NCBI GenBank assembly: GCA_965153285.1 | Contig: OZ229117.1 | Length of the DNA stretch: 64,000 nt | Reading direction: 5' to 3' (one strand) | Source of the DNA: Podarcis tiliguerta | Taxonomy: Eukaryota | In this document: piece after piece, positions 52,564 to 63,088 of the stretch | Position numbering within the stretch: the stretch's first letter is position 1 | Layout: each line of letters opens with the position of its first letter | Program-made: the position numbers and the translations under genes | Notes under the pieces: model-generated | What the model saw: the letters and a program-made list of their open reading frames with translations, nothing else | Told to the model about the DNA's origin: nothing | Database searches by the model: none

Positions 52564-52599
52564 CGTCCCACGGTTCCTCTGCAACAAGGAGAACAGGGG

Positions 52600-53400
52600 T
52601 TTGAAAGCAGGGTGAGAACGGGCAAGACCCAGATTCCCCCTCGTTCACTCCAGCGGGGCTCCCGGCCCAGAGGCAGCTAAGGGGCAGTTCCCCACCCCCA
52701 GCAGTGCCAATCTCGGGCGGAGATCCCCCTTTCCTACGAAGACCCGCCCGCGGGCTCCCCTCTTCCTGGCCCTGCGATGCTGAGGGCGGTGGCCAGCCCG
52801 GTAGCCTCAGGCGAGCAAACTGACGCAGCCGCAGCATCCAGCAAATAGGGCGAGCCGCTTCCCTGTGCTTGTTCTAAGGACAGGAACTCTGCACGCGCTC
52901 AGAGTCACCCTCATCCCTGGACGCCGGGGGATCAAGAAACTCCGCGCCCCGGCGCCTCTGTTGGAGCGGCACTCTGCACGTGCTCAAGAGCGCGCTCGTT
53001 GCTTTTCTTTCTCTCTTCCCCCTCGCCCCAGCTCCGCCACGCACCTCACTCAAAATCTCCCGAACCTCCCGCCTCGCCGAAGCCCCGGAAGTCCCTCCCC
53101 TCGCCCCTAGATGACTTCCGCTTCCGGACTTAGAGGGGCGGCGCGCACGTGGAAACCGGGCTCGCTTCGCTCTGTCTCCGCGCTCTCCGGACGCTCGACC
53201 GGTGCTATTCCCTGCCTGCCATGGTCGAGTTCGAGGTACACCGCGCACGGCTCTTCGCCTTTGTGCCGTCCGGGATCCGGTGCGTGGCTGCGTCCCGCCC
53301 ATCTCACCACCGCCTGGCCGTGGGCCGCCTCGACGGCTCCCTCGAGATCTACGACCTGCAGGCCAACATGTTCCAGGAGAAGGTGACTCTGGCTCCCCAG
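52600..53400. promoter_or_regulatory. CpG-island bidirectional promoter of CHTF8 (-) and UTP4 (+)
   Basis: CpG-rich. ETS/GABP motifs CCGGAAGT at 53085-53092 and tandem ACTTCCGCTTCCGG at 53114-53127. E-box CACGTG at 53146-53151. Candidate minus-strand donors for the CHTF8 non-coding exon 1 near 53044-53049. Confidence 0.85.
53221..53382 (+). CDS. UTP4: UTP4 coding exon 1
   Basis: Kozak gccATGG; AAG|gtgact donor. Confidence 0.93.
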
Positions 53401-56400
53401 TGGTTGGCATTCAGGGGTAGACTGCCCGTGCACTTCAGGGATCCACCTGGCACCCATTTGACAGGTCTCCACCTCTGTGAGGTTTTAATGGCATCTTAGC
53501 CATTGTCTGACCCCAGATCTTGTGGCCTTGAGTTCCACAAGCTAGTTCTTTCCTCCGTGAAGTAATACTAGCTTATCCAGACACAGCTGAGCTCACAGTG
53601 ACAGAGAGTCCTATGGCTCCACTGAGGCTGGGAATTGGAGCCCCAAAGAATTGTTTCCCTGGGGAATGTCCTGGCTAAACAGCTATTTGCTGGGCATTCT
53701 TTGGGGCAAGAGGGTGGGTAGCACAGGTGACTCACCAAGCCTCTCTCTACTTTATTTCTGTAATCAGGAGGTATATCAGTGTTTGGGGTTTCTGGCTGCA
53801 AAATTCTCCGGTCTGAGCCCAGCACAGGTTCATCCTTTGTGTGATTCCTCCCAGCTAAAGTTTGTGTATGTGTGTTAAAAGGAGGCCATTGACACCCAAA
53901 GCCTTCAAGAAACACCTTTCCTTAGACCAGAAAACTGTTCAGGATTGCCTCTTGGTTTAGGGGTTCTGCATCTTCCCCTTACCTATGACTTATCTCTCCA
54001 GGTCATTGCTGGCCACGATACGAGGATCCCAGAGGCGCTCTGCTGGGCAGCAGGAGACCGGCTCTTTGGTGCAGGTCTCAGTGGGGAAATTGTTGAATAC
54101 AACTTGGAGAAGCTGAATGTCAAATATTCGTTGGATGCTTTTGGAGGTCCTATCTGGAGCATGGTGGCTGATCCAACTGGGACTCAATTGGCGGTAGGTG
54201 CCCCTAGTGTCCCAGAGAGGGGCAGCTTGAAAATGTGGTAATGAAGTCTTGTGCTAGCAAGAGAACATCCCTTAGAGGAGGGAACAGCACCTGATGATTT
54301 AGAACAATAAGGGGTGTACATCCAGGTAAGTAGCCGTGTTGGTCTGATGCAGTCAAAATATATTAAAAAATTAAAAAAATTGTCCAGTAGCACTTTAGAG
54401 ACCAACTTTGTTTGTTCTTGGTATAAGCTTTCGTGTGCATCTGAAGTATCTGAAGAAGTGTATCTGAAGAAGTATGCATGCACACGAAAGCTTATACCAA
54501 GAACAAACTTAGTTGGTCTCTAAGGTGCTACTGGACAAATTTTTTGGGGGGGTATATTTCAATAAAGAATATTTTACCACATCTATAGATGATGCAAAAC
54601 CAGAAAGCTAGCCGGCTTCTCAGAAGGCAGTGATAAAACCCCAAATGATGTTAATAGAATGGATTACTGGGGGTGGGGGGAATTCTGGGGAAATGTATTT
54701 AAATAAATATATTTTATTGCAAGGCAGGCAGTCCACATCACCCCAGGACTGGGTGTACTTAACTTGTATAGTCACAATATTTTGCAAATTAGAAACAAAG
54801 AACTCATAACACATCCATTAACTGCTGCAAGAACAACTATTGCCAGGACATGAAAATCATTGCAATTATTAACTATGGACCAATGGTATAATGCAATTTA
54901 ACAAACAGCATTATTGGGAAAATTGGCACAAAAAATTGAAGTAGCAAGAGGCCAAAAGAAGCGCAATTTTTTATCAGTATGGTATGACTTTATTGATTAC
55001 ACAAATAATGAGGCATATGGTACAACTAATTAACAGCACAGTCTGGTGTGCATTAAGTACATATTTTAATTTTTCACCTCCCCTGCCTCCCTTTCCTATA
55101 AATTCCTATAAATTCTAATTGTTATTAATACAAAATACCTTTTACTTTTGGTCACCAATCTAAGCAATGCACTTTACTATACACCATTTGATATCTGTAA
55201 TAACTAGTAATTTTGGTATATACACTTTGACAGGAGGGTTTATTTCACATGCACATTAGGAGAAGCTTATTGACAGTACAGTTTGACAATTGGATCAATT
55301 ACCTGCAGGGGTGGGCACTCCCAGGGGTGGCCATCTCTCTAGGGGATGCTCTTGCTCTCTGGATTTCCAACATCAATCAGGGGTTTGGATTAAACAGCTT
55401 ATAAAGCTCCCTCCAGCTCTTCAATTTTCTGCATTTCATTCTCTTCTCCACTCAGTGTCCTGCTTCCTGAGGCTTAAATTCTTTCCTTGTGAGTAGTAAG
55501 GTGCTTCTCCAGCACCAGCTTGACACCTGTTTCTGTGTTTGTGTTATTGATAATCTTGTGTAGTTTGGTCAGTCAGAGCTCAAATTATTGGGCAAAGCCC
55601 TGGACTCTTGGCTGTCTACCAGACAGGATTCTGAGCAGGCTACTGACCCTCTCTCTTGTTCTTGCAGCTTGGCTGTGATGATGGAACCATTAAGCTCTTC
55701 AACATCTTACCAGATAGAATCGAGTTTGAGAGGCAGCTGGACCGACAGAAAGGTTGGTTGTGGGTGGGGGTGCATGTGGGGGTCATGATCACCAACAGGA
55801 TGAGCTCTGAGTCCATGAGCAGGAGGGGTAAAGGTAAAGGGACTCCTGACCATTCGGTCCAGTCGTGACTGACTCTGGGGTTGAGGCGCTCATCTCACTT
55901 TACTGGCCAAGGGAGCTGGCGTACAGCTTCTGGGTCATGTGGCCAGCAGGACTAAGCTACTTCTGGAGAACCAGAGCAGCACATGGAAACGCCGTTTACC
56001 TTCCCACCAGAGCGGTACCTTTTTATCTACTTGCACTTTGACGTGCTTTCGAACTGCTAGGTTGGCAGGAGCAGGGACCGAGCAACGGGAGCTCACCCCG
56101 CCGCGGGGATTCGAACCACCAACCTTTTGATCGGCAAGTCCTAGTCTCTGTGGTTTAAACCACAGCGCCACCCGCATCCCTTGCAGGAGGGGTAGGGAGC
56201 CTGATTTCTTGTTGCTTGCAGAGGAAAGCCCCTTCAGGATGCAAGGAGAGCACTTGGCTCAGTGGTAGAGCGCATGCTTTGAATGCACAGGGTCCCAAGT
56301 TCAGCCCCTGGCATCCACAGGAAGGGTTGGGAATGTCTGAAATCTTGGAGAGCCTCTGCCTGTCATTTTGGATAGCAAGGACCTATAAAGACCAGTGGTC

Positions 56401-59400
56401 TGGTTTGGTATAAGGCAGCTTCTTGTATTTGCATGTTCCTCTGAGCCTCACCTACCTGCCCCCACCCCCAAAATGAGTTTGAGTCTTGGTACGTCTTATA
56501 ACTGAGACTCTCCTCTTCTGCTCCACCTTACCTTACAGGACGCACCCTGTCCCTTTCCTGGCATCCATCAGGGACCAAGATCGTAGCTGGCTCCACTAAC
56601 ATCATCCGTGTCTTTGATGTCAAATCAGGTGAGTTCTGGAGTTAGGCATGTTTTATGCTGGGGCCAGGAATATGGTGTGTGTGAGTGTCATCAGCTCATC
56701 CAAACAAGCTTCACCTTCATGATTCTGGTCTGTGGTGGCCATTAAGAATCAAGGACTGCACCCTCTTGACTGTGTCCCTTCCATACACCCAGGTTCAATG
56801 GCAAGGAGAGGGCAATACTGGCTGCCTTGCCCAAAGCTGGTGAACTCCCTTCCATTAGAGAGGGACCCATAATTCAGTGACAGAGCACATGTTTTGCAAT
56901 CCAAAGATGTTAGGTTCAATTCCTGGCACCTCCACTTTGATGGTGCATTATGGGAAAGAGCCTCTGCTCTTGCCAGCCTTTGGGGGCCTGTGGGCATATT
57001 TGCATACTGCAGAAACTCTTGCAGGCATCATATACATGCTGTAGCATATTCTGTTGCAGGTGTGGGGAACCTTTAACCTTCCAGATGTGGCTGAGCTACA
57101 ACTCCCATCAGCCCCAGCTAGCATGGCCAGTTGCCGGGGGTGATGGGAGTTATACTTCAGCAACATCTGGAGGGCCAGAGTTTCCTCACACCTCTTCTGT
57201 TGGCTACAACAGGGTGCTTCTTTCAGTCCTCATTTCAGCAGGAGGAGGAACCCTGGGTAGGCAGAGGTGCACCCACTGGTGCCATGTTGGTGACCCTCCC
57301 CATAGCCCCCTGTTAGCATTTGAGCAAAGGGGCTTTTCTTAAGGCCTTGTAAAGGCCTGTTTGGTTTGGGGTGACTGTTGGCAGCTGAGGCTAAGCAGAC
57401 CCTGAGCGAGCCTGGTGCCTCCTTTGCAGGCCATGCTGTCCAGCGGATCCTCGTGGACCGGTGCTTCAAAGGGTCCCGCAAGCGGATGCCTGTGGTGGTG
57501 TGGGACATACTCTTCCTTTCGGACGGCACAATTGTCAGCGCGGACTCTGCTGGGAAGGTGCAGTTCTGGGACTCGGAGATGGGGACGCTGCTGTGGAGCC
57601 ACCCTGTCAGCAAGTCAGCCGTGCTTTGCCTGGCTGGGTCTGAGGTAAGTTGCATGTTAAAGGCAGAGCAGCAGCACTGGGGGCGGGGGAGGGTGGCAGC
57701 GTTTGCTTGAGTTTGACAAGCAGAAAGGAAAGCAGGAGTCACTTATGTGGCAGGACAGGGGGAGTGTGAAATTGAACTGCAGAATAACAACAGTCCAAGA
57801 TTTGGAAAGTTGCAACCCAAGGCAAACTTTCTTACTCCTAAGGGGGAAGATAGACAGCTATCCTAGGGGATTGTGTGAGCAGAGTCCTCATTGGAGGCAG
57901 CTTATTCCCAAGCAGCCTTTGCCAACTGTGGCTCTGATGGGAGCCGTAGTCCACCAGATCTGGAGGGTCCCAGGTTGGCGTAGGTTGCTCTTGAACTCTT
58001 GGCCCTGTGATGATATGATGCTAGCTATCAGAAATTCATTTAAATCAAGACTTTGTGGCAGATAAAAGCACTTTGTGTGTTATCCAGAGCCTCTAAAAAC
58101 CTGAGTGTGTATATGTGGCCATTCAGGGAAATGACATTGTTCTGTGCTGAATCTGAGCTTGACTGGGACATCCAGCTGACCAGTGTTGGTGGCCAGGAGG
58201 CTGAGCTTGATGGATCTATGGTCTGAGCCAACGTGGCAGCCCTTGGTCTGTGTAATGTGACTTCAGTGTGCGTCAGTTCACTTGTTCTCTGCCATTAATA
58301 CTTCCTCCCTGCAAACCTTTAGCTTGCCCAACTTTCTCCACAGGCAGAAGACAGTATTTTGGTTGGCACTTCGGAGGGGATGGTATATCAGTTCCAGCTG
58401 CTACCGGTTAAGCTAGACAGTGCTGAGCTCCAGTGGGTGCGAACAAGGCCCTTTAAGCACCACACCCATGATGTGCGGACAGTAGCACATCTTGCAACAA
58501 CATTCATCTCTGGAGGTAGAGTTCACTGCAATCGTGTGTGTGTGTGTGTGTGTGTTTGTTTGTTTGTTTGTTTGATTGCTTTGTGGTAAAGTACCTGCTT
58601 TGCATACAGAAGTTCATGGGTTCCATCCCCAGATGCCCATTTAAAAAGGACCATGTAGGTAGGAGGTGATGGGAAAGGCCTCCCTCTTCCTCCTGAGACC
58701 AAGTCAAAGTGGACAGCATTGGTCCAAGTCACTGGCCTTCAACTAATGGGTCACTGTCTGATCCAAGATGGGTCACAACACGAGCACTTCCACTATGCAA
58801 ATACAGTGGTACCTCTGGATGCGAACAGGATCCATTCCGGAGCCCCGTTCACATCCTGAAGCAAACGTAAGATGTGAGTGTGCGTGCGCGGGTCGCGTTT
58901 CACCGTGCATGCACGTGACGTCATTCTGAGTGTCTGTGCATGCACAAGCAGTGAAACCCGGAAGTAACGCGCTCCATTACTTTCGGGTAACTGCGGAGCG
59001 CAACCTGAAAATATTTAAGCTGAATTGTATTCATCCCGAGGTATGACTGTATATGGCAAAAGATTAAGGAATTGGTCCCCAAAACATATTTGGGTTAAAA
59101 GCAGGTTCTTGGTCTGAGAAGGTTGAAAACGACTGGTCTAGGAGAACCAGTAGTCTGATCTGATGTGTGCACATACCGCCTATAGAGGGTGCTGTGATCT
59201 GTTGCATCTTGACCTGATTTGCATCCCCATTTATTTATTTAATTTATATCCCAGTTTTTGCTCCCAAGTTGCTCAAGGTGGTGCATCTGGTTCTCCTCCT
59301 CATTTAATCCTCACAACAACCCTGTGAGGTAGGTTAGGCTAAGAGATAGTGACTGACTGAAGGCCACCCAGCGATCTTTATGGCCGAGTGGGGATTTGTA

Positions 59401-62400
59401 ACCACTATACCACCCTGGCTTTTCCCCTTCTCATTTAGGTCTGGACGGGGAACTTGTGATCCGACAATTCATGGAGAATTTGGATCCCAAGTCTCATGAA
59501 TCTACCTTCCAGAGAATCACCTTCCCTCACGTGAGTAGCGGGATTGGCGCCTGCTATCTAGCAATGCCTTTTCTTCTCACAGATGGCTTCTCATAGCTTC
59601 TTCCTTCCTGCAGTGGTTCTGTGCACTAGAGGGACTCAGGGGCAAGCCATGCAAACTCTGCTCCCCCACCCCACTTCTCACCTGCCACTTCTTTTCCCTC
59701 TTGTAGAGGTGCCTTGTCTCCTGTGCCCGGATAGCCCGCCTCCTCCTCTTCCAATACCCGAAACATCTGGAGCTTTGGCGACTTGGAGCCACCAACACAG
59801 CAGGTGAGAGCAAACTTTGCTTTCAGAGCCTTGATGGTCTGGTGTGTTTGAGGTGCCCCTAGAGGAGACATGTCCTTTGGTCACCTGGGCCTGTGTTGAG
59901 CTCCAGGCTGCCCTTTCCAGCAGGTGCAGCAAGAGCTTTGGGCTGCTGGGAAGCTTGGCAGTCCCCTCACATATTAGGACATCCTAGCGAGACTTGATGT
60001 GTAAAGATGCTCTTGGTTCTTGTTCCAGGAAAGGCTGGTGAAGTCCTGCCTGTCTCCTGTCCCCCAGAACACCTTCTCCAGCTCAAGGCCAAGGTGAGGG
60101 AGCCATGATTTTTTGTCCCCCCTTGATTGTGGATGCTTCAGATTCTCAACATGCCCTGTGCAGGAAATATCTCCACTTCAGATACAAACAGTTTTGTGCA
60201 AAAGCAGGCTATGGATTTTTTTGCATTAGAACAGAGAGGAGACAGTCTCTTGTGCTCCCTGAAATAAGATGTTTATTTAGCTCAATGCATTTCAGAGTTG
60301 AGCCTGCAAATGCTTGTAATTCCTTGAACCTCAAAGAGACTTCTTCTGGACATCTGAACTGAAAAGAGCTTCAAAAAATCTACAAGACTTTCTGGATACA
60401 GAAATAAAGAAAACATCTTACAGCCTCATAGTTTGAAACTGCTTTTAGTTCAGGCATGCAGAGTAAGTTTTTGTTTCTTTCAGGATCAAGGAATTTACAA
60501 GCATTCACCGCTCCTGGTGAAGGAGTTTCAACTCTGAAACATGTTGAACTAAATAAACATCTTATTTCAGGGAGCACAAGAGCCTGCTCTTCCCTGTTCA
60601 GCTGACCCTGGTGCTTCCCCCTCTGCTTTTCTGCTTGCTATGGTTCCCCTACATCTGCTTAACTCTAGTAGTTCCCAAGCCAACTCAAATCAAGGCAATC
60701 TTGCAACATGTTGATTTTGCTGAGTCTCCAGATGTGGCAAGACCCACCGTTTCCTGAGGGTGTGGCCCCACATGTTCATCTCTCTTAGTCCCCTGTATCT
60801 TTTTGGAGGAACCTAACTTGGCTTCTCCCATCATCTGGATTCCTTCCTAGGACCCTGAGCACATTGCCAGCAGCTGCATCTCACCCTGTGGCTCCTGGAT
60901 TGCCTACTCCACAACTTCCAGGTTCTATCTGCACCAGGTCCAGCTCAGCAGTGACCATATTGCTATCAAGAGGGTGAGTGAGAATTCTGCAGGGTGGAGA
61001 CTCTGGCCTGGGTGTTCTGGTCTGGGGCATGCTAGAGCATCATCCGGGAAAGCTGAATGTTGGGAGATTCTGGACAGACAAAAGGAAGAACTTCTTCACA
61101 CAGGGCTTAGGTAGATGATGGAGTCGGCTGCCGCAGGTTGTAGTAATGGCCAATAACTTGCATGGTTTCAAAGGGGGATCAGTCAGATCTGTGTGGTATA
61201 AGGCTATGAATGGCAACTAGCAATGATGACTGTGCACATGACCCCCCCCCCCCAAGTATTGGAGGCAGTCTACCTTTGAAGGCACATTGCTGGGGATTAT
61301 GAGCAAGGGATGTTGCACTTGGTCCTGCTTGTGGTCTTCTTCCCTTTGATTGGCTCCTGAGAGAACAGGAGGCCGGACTAGGTGGACTGATCTAGCTCTA
61401 GGACTCTTAGTTACTTATTTCATTTCAGCAATTTAGATACAGCTTAAGTATAATAGTCTCTAAGCAGTTTACACAGATGCAATCCCAAAAAAGTAAAAAT
61501 CAGATTAAATGATAAAATTATTATGTTCTTTTAAGATTTTGTAACTTATAAGTTAATGGAAGGAACAGGAAATGCTTTTCTAGACTTCTCCAAGTGAGCC
61601 TCCTTGGGGGAAAGGGGGTTGGGAGAGGGTGAGGTGGGGCCTCAGGGTAGAGCTGGCCACACTGACCCTTAACCCTTGCCTTCCCAAAGGTTGCTAAGAT
61701 TCCAAAGGGGATTCGCTCAGCCCACCACCTCCTTTTCTCTGAGGACTCCACCAGGCTCTTCGTGGCATCGGATCAAGGTTCTGTGCACATCCTCAAGCTC
61801 TTGCAGTCAGGAGTCTGCAAACACCTGCACATCCTCCGCCCCAGCTCAGGTAAGATTGGCTTTTTGGAGAGCAGGACATACTTACCAGCACTGGGATTAG
61901 GGCAGATGAGTGGCTTTTGAAGTGATATTTTAAAGTGAAGCCAGGGTAAAAAAATGTCTGTAGATACACACATTCATTTACAACTTTTGAAACCCACTTT
62001 CCTCATGCAGAGACGTCAGAAGCTGCATACCTGCTGGCGGTAAGTGCCAACGGCCAGTGGTTAGCTGCAGCTAGTGGTGATCGGGCAGTCAACATCTACA
62101 ACTTGGAAGATGCCAAGGTGAGCCAAGCAGAACCTGCCTGCAGTGGTGAGAGGTTGAACCTGCTTGGTCTGAAAAAGTGAAGCAGGTTCATCAGGTCTCT
62201 TTGCTGCATCCTCACCATGAGGGTGATTGAGAGTTCTGAGAGCCTTCTGGGCTCCTGCTGTGCAATGATACGGCCCCAGATGAAGGGAAGGGGGCAGCCT
62301 GGGCCACCTGGGTGGGAGGAAGGCTTGGTGAACCCCACTGTCTCTCTCTCTCTTGTCCAGCCTCATTGCACGGTGCCTGCATATGACTGCCCAGTGACTG

Positions 62401-62456
62401 CCTTGGCCATTCACCCAGTGACCAATAATGTTGTGATCGTCCACTCAGATCAGCAG
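53221..62456 (+). CDS. UTP4: U3 snoRNA-associated protein 4 homolog (cirhin, WD40), first 13 coding exons; 3' end lies beyond the window
   Basis: Exons 53221-53382, 54002-54193, 55668-55752, 56539-56628, 57430-57644, 58344-58515, 59439-59530, 59707-59803, 60029-60093, 60851-60973, 61690-61849, 62011-62117, 62361-62456 (1656 nt, 552 codons, open). Peptides MVEFEVHRARLFAFVPSGIRC, DAFGGPIWS, SADSAGKVQFWD, FKHHTHDVR and HSDQQ match UTP4 as I recall it. Head-to-head with CHTF8. Confidence 0.96.
54002..54193 (+). CDS. UTP4: UTP4 coding exon 2
   Basis: ctccag|GTC ... GCG|gtaggt, 192 nt. Confidence 0.93.
54322..54541. mobile_element. Penelope-like element remnant (inverted pseudo-LTR hairpin)
   Basis: 60-nt arms 54381-54440 and 54478-54537 are reverse complements at 57/60 positions; GTAGCCGTGTTGGTCTG leader; hammerhead core inside. 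Confidence 0.8.
54460..54497 (+). ncRNA. Minimal type I hammerhead ribozyme motif (Penelope-associated)
   Basis: GUAU-CUGAAGA-A-GUAUGC-AU-GCACAC-GAAA-GC-UU-AUAC: stem I GUAU/AUAC, core CUGANGA and GAAA, stem II 5/6 paired, palindromic stem III AAGCUU. Confidence 0.65.
54780..55210 (+). mobile_element. Decayed L1/Tx1-clade LINE 3' fragment
   Basis: A-rich; translates to LITHPLTAARTTIART*K..QWY, like the C-terminus of L1-clade ORF2, with stops. Confidence 0.55.
55668..55752 (+). CDS. UTP4: UTP4 coding exon 3
   Basis: ttgcag|CTT ... AAG|gttggt, 85 nt. Confidence 0.92.
55831..56182 (-). mobile_element. Full-length Sauria SINE (BovB-mobilised)
   Basis: (ACCTTT)n tail on -, body GGTCATGTGGCCAGC..GCCGTTTACCTTCCC, tRNA head with B box GGTTCGAATCC; 12-bp TSD GCAGGAGGGGTA at 55819-55830 and 56183-56194. 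Confidence 0.92.
56539..56628 (+). CDS. UTP4: UTP4 coding exon 4
   Basis: ttacag|GA ... CAG|gtgagt, 90 nt (RTLSLSWHPSG). Confidence 0.92.
57430..57644 (+). CDS. UTP4: UTP4 coding exon 5
   Basis: ttgcag|GC ... GAG|gtaagt, 215 nt. Confidence 0.93.
58344..58515 (+). CDS. UTP4: UTP4 coding exon 6
   Basis: ccacag|GCA ... GAG|gtagag, 172 nt. Confidence 0.92.
58804..59049. mobile_element. Tc1/mariner (Tigger-like) MITE
   Basis: TA|CAGTGGTACCTC...GAGGTATGACTG|TA. Confidence 0.85.
59439..59530 (+). CDS. UTP4: UTP4 coding exon 7
   Basis: atttag|GT ... CAC|gtgagt, 92 nt (RITFPH). Confidence 0.92.
59707..59803 (+). CDS. UTP4: UTP4 coding exon 8
   Basis: ttgtag|AGG ... CAG|gtgaga, 97 nt (HLELWRLG). 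Confidence 0.92.
60029..60093 (+). CDS. UTP4: UTP4 coding exon 9
   Basis: ttccag|GA ... AAG|gtgagg, 65 nt. Confidence 0.91.
60228..60599. mobile_element. Second Penelope-like inverted repeat with degenerate hammerhead core (60510-60549)
   Basis: Arms 60247-60301/60528-60582 and 60309-60337/60476-60505 are reverse complements; GCUC-CUGGUGA-AGGAGUUUCAACUCU-GAAA-CAUG-UU-GAAC followed by AATAAA. Confidence 0.7.
60851..60973 (+). CDS. UTP4: UTP4 coding exon 10
   Basis: tcctag|GAC ... AGG|gtgagt, 123 nt (SCISPCGSWIAYST). Confidence 0.93.
61690..61849 (+). CDS. UTP4: UTP4 coding exon 11
   Basis: ccaaag|GTT ... CAG|gtaaga, 160 nt (LLFSEDSTRLFVASDQG). Confidence 0.91.
62011..62117 (+). CDS. UTP4: UTP4 coding exon 12
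   Basis: atgcag|AG ... AAG|gtgagc, 107 nt. Confidence 0.91.
62361..62456 (+). CDS. UTP4: UTP4 coding exon 13
   Basis: gtccag|CCT ... CAG|gtaaga, 96 nt (HCTVPAYDCPVTALAI). Confidence 0.93.
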
Positions 62457-62711
62457 GTAAGATCTTCACAGCCAACTTTATCTTCCAAGCCTCACTAGGC
62501 ACACAGAGAATCGGGGGGGGGGGGGAGTTTGCTCCATCTGTGTGCAGAAGAGTTTTGCCCCCGCTATTGCAGTCAGTCCCAATTGCTCACAAGGAGGATA
62601 GTGGTGGGAAGAACCTGGGAATCGTTTCCCTGGTACAAGTGTAGGGACTGCCAGCAGTGTAAGTTCTGTATCCAAGGCAGGTGAAATGTCTTGTTTCCAC
62701 TGGAGAGGTTA

Positions 62712-63088
62712 CCGTATTTTTCATCCCATAGGACGCACCGGCCCATAGGATGCACCTAGGTTTTTTTGGGGGGGGGGAAATAAAGGAAAAAATCCAAACC
62801 AGGTCGGGGAACAGCGGGATGGCGGCGCTGCGCCTCCCCGCTGTCCCCCAAGCTTGTGGGACTGCCTGATGTCTGCCCGAAGTGCAGGGCGCTCTGCTTC
62901 AGCGCTCCCCACACTCTGTGCAGCAGGCTGCTATCTGCAGCCTAGGGAGCCCTGCGGGAACTCCCGCAGGGCTCCCCAGGCTTGCTGATAGCTTCAGCGA
63001 AAGCCTGCATTCGCCCCATAGGACGCACACAGATTTCCCCTTCATTTTTGGAGGGGGAAAAGTGCGTCCTATAGGGCGAAAAATAGGG
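62712..63088. mobile_element. Tc2/pogo-like MITE
   Basis: TA|CCGTATTTTTCATCCCATAGGACGCAC...GTGCGTCCTATAGGGCGAAAAATAGGG; internal repeats of CCCATAGGACGCAC. Confidence 0.85.

Noticed and set aside
54194-62010. Intronic snoRNA in UTP4 (ribosome-biogenesis genes often host them)
   Set aside because: No convincing C/D pair with a terminal stem or H/ACA double hairpin by eye. The CTGA motifs seen belong to the Penelope hammerhead cores. snoScan/snoReport would be needed to exclude one.
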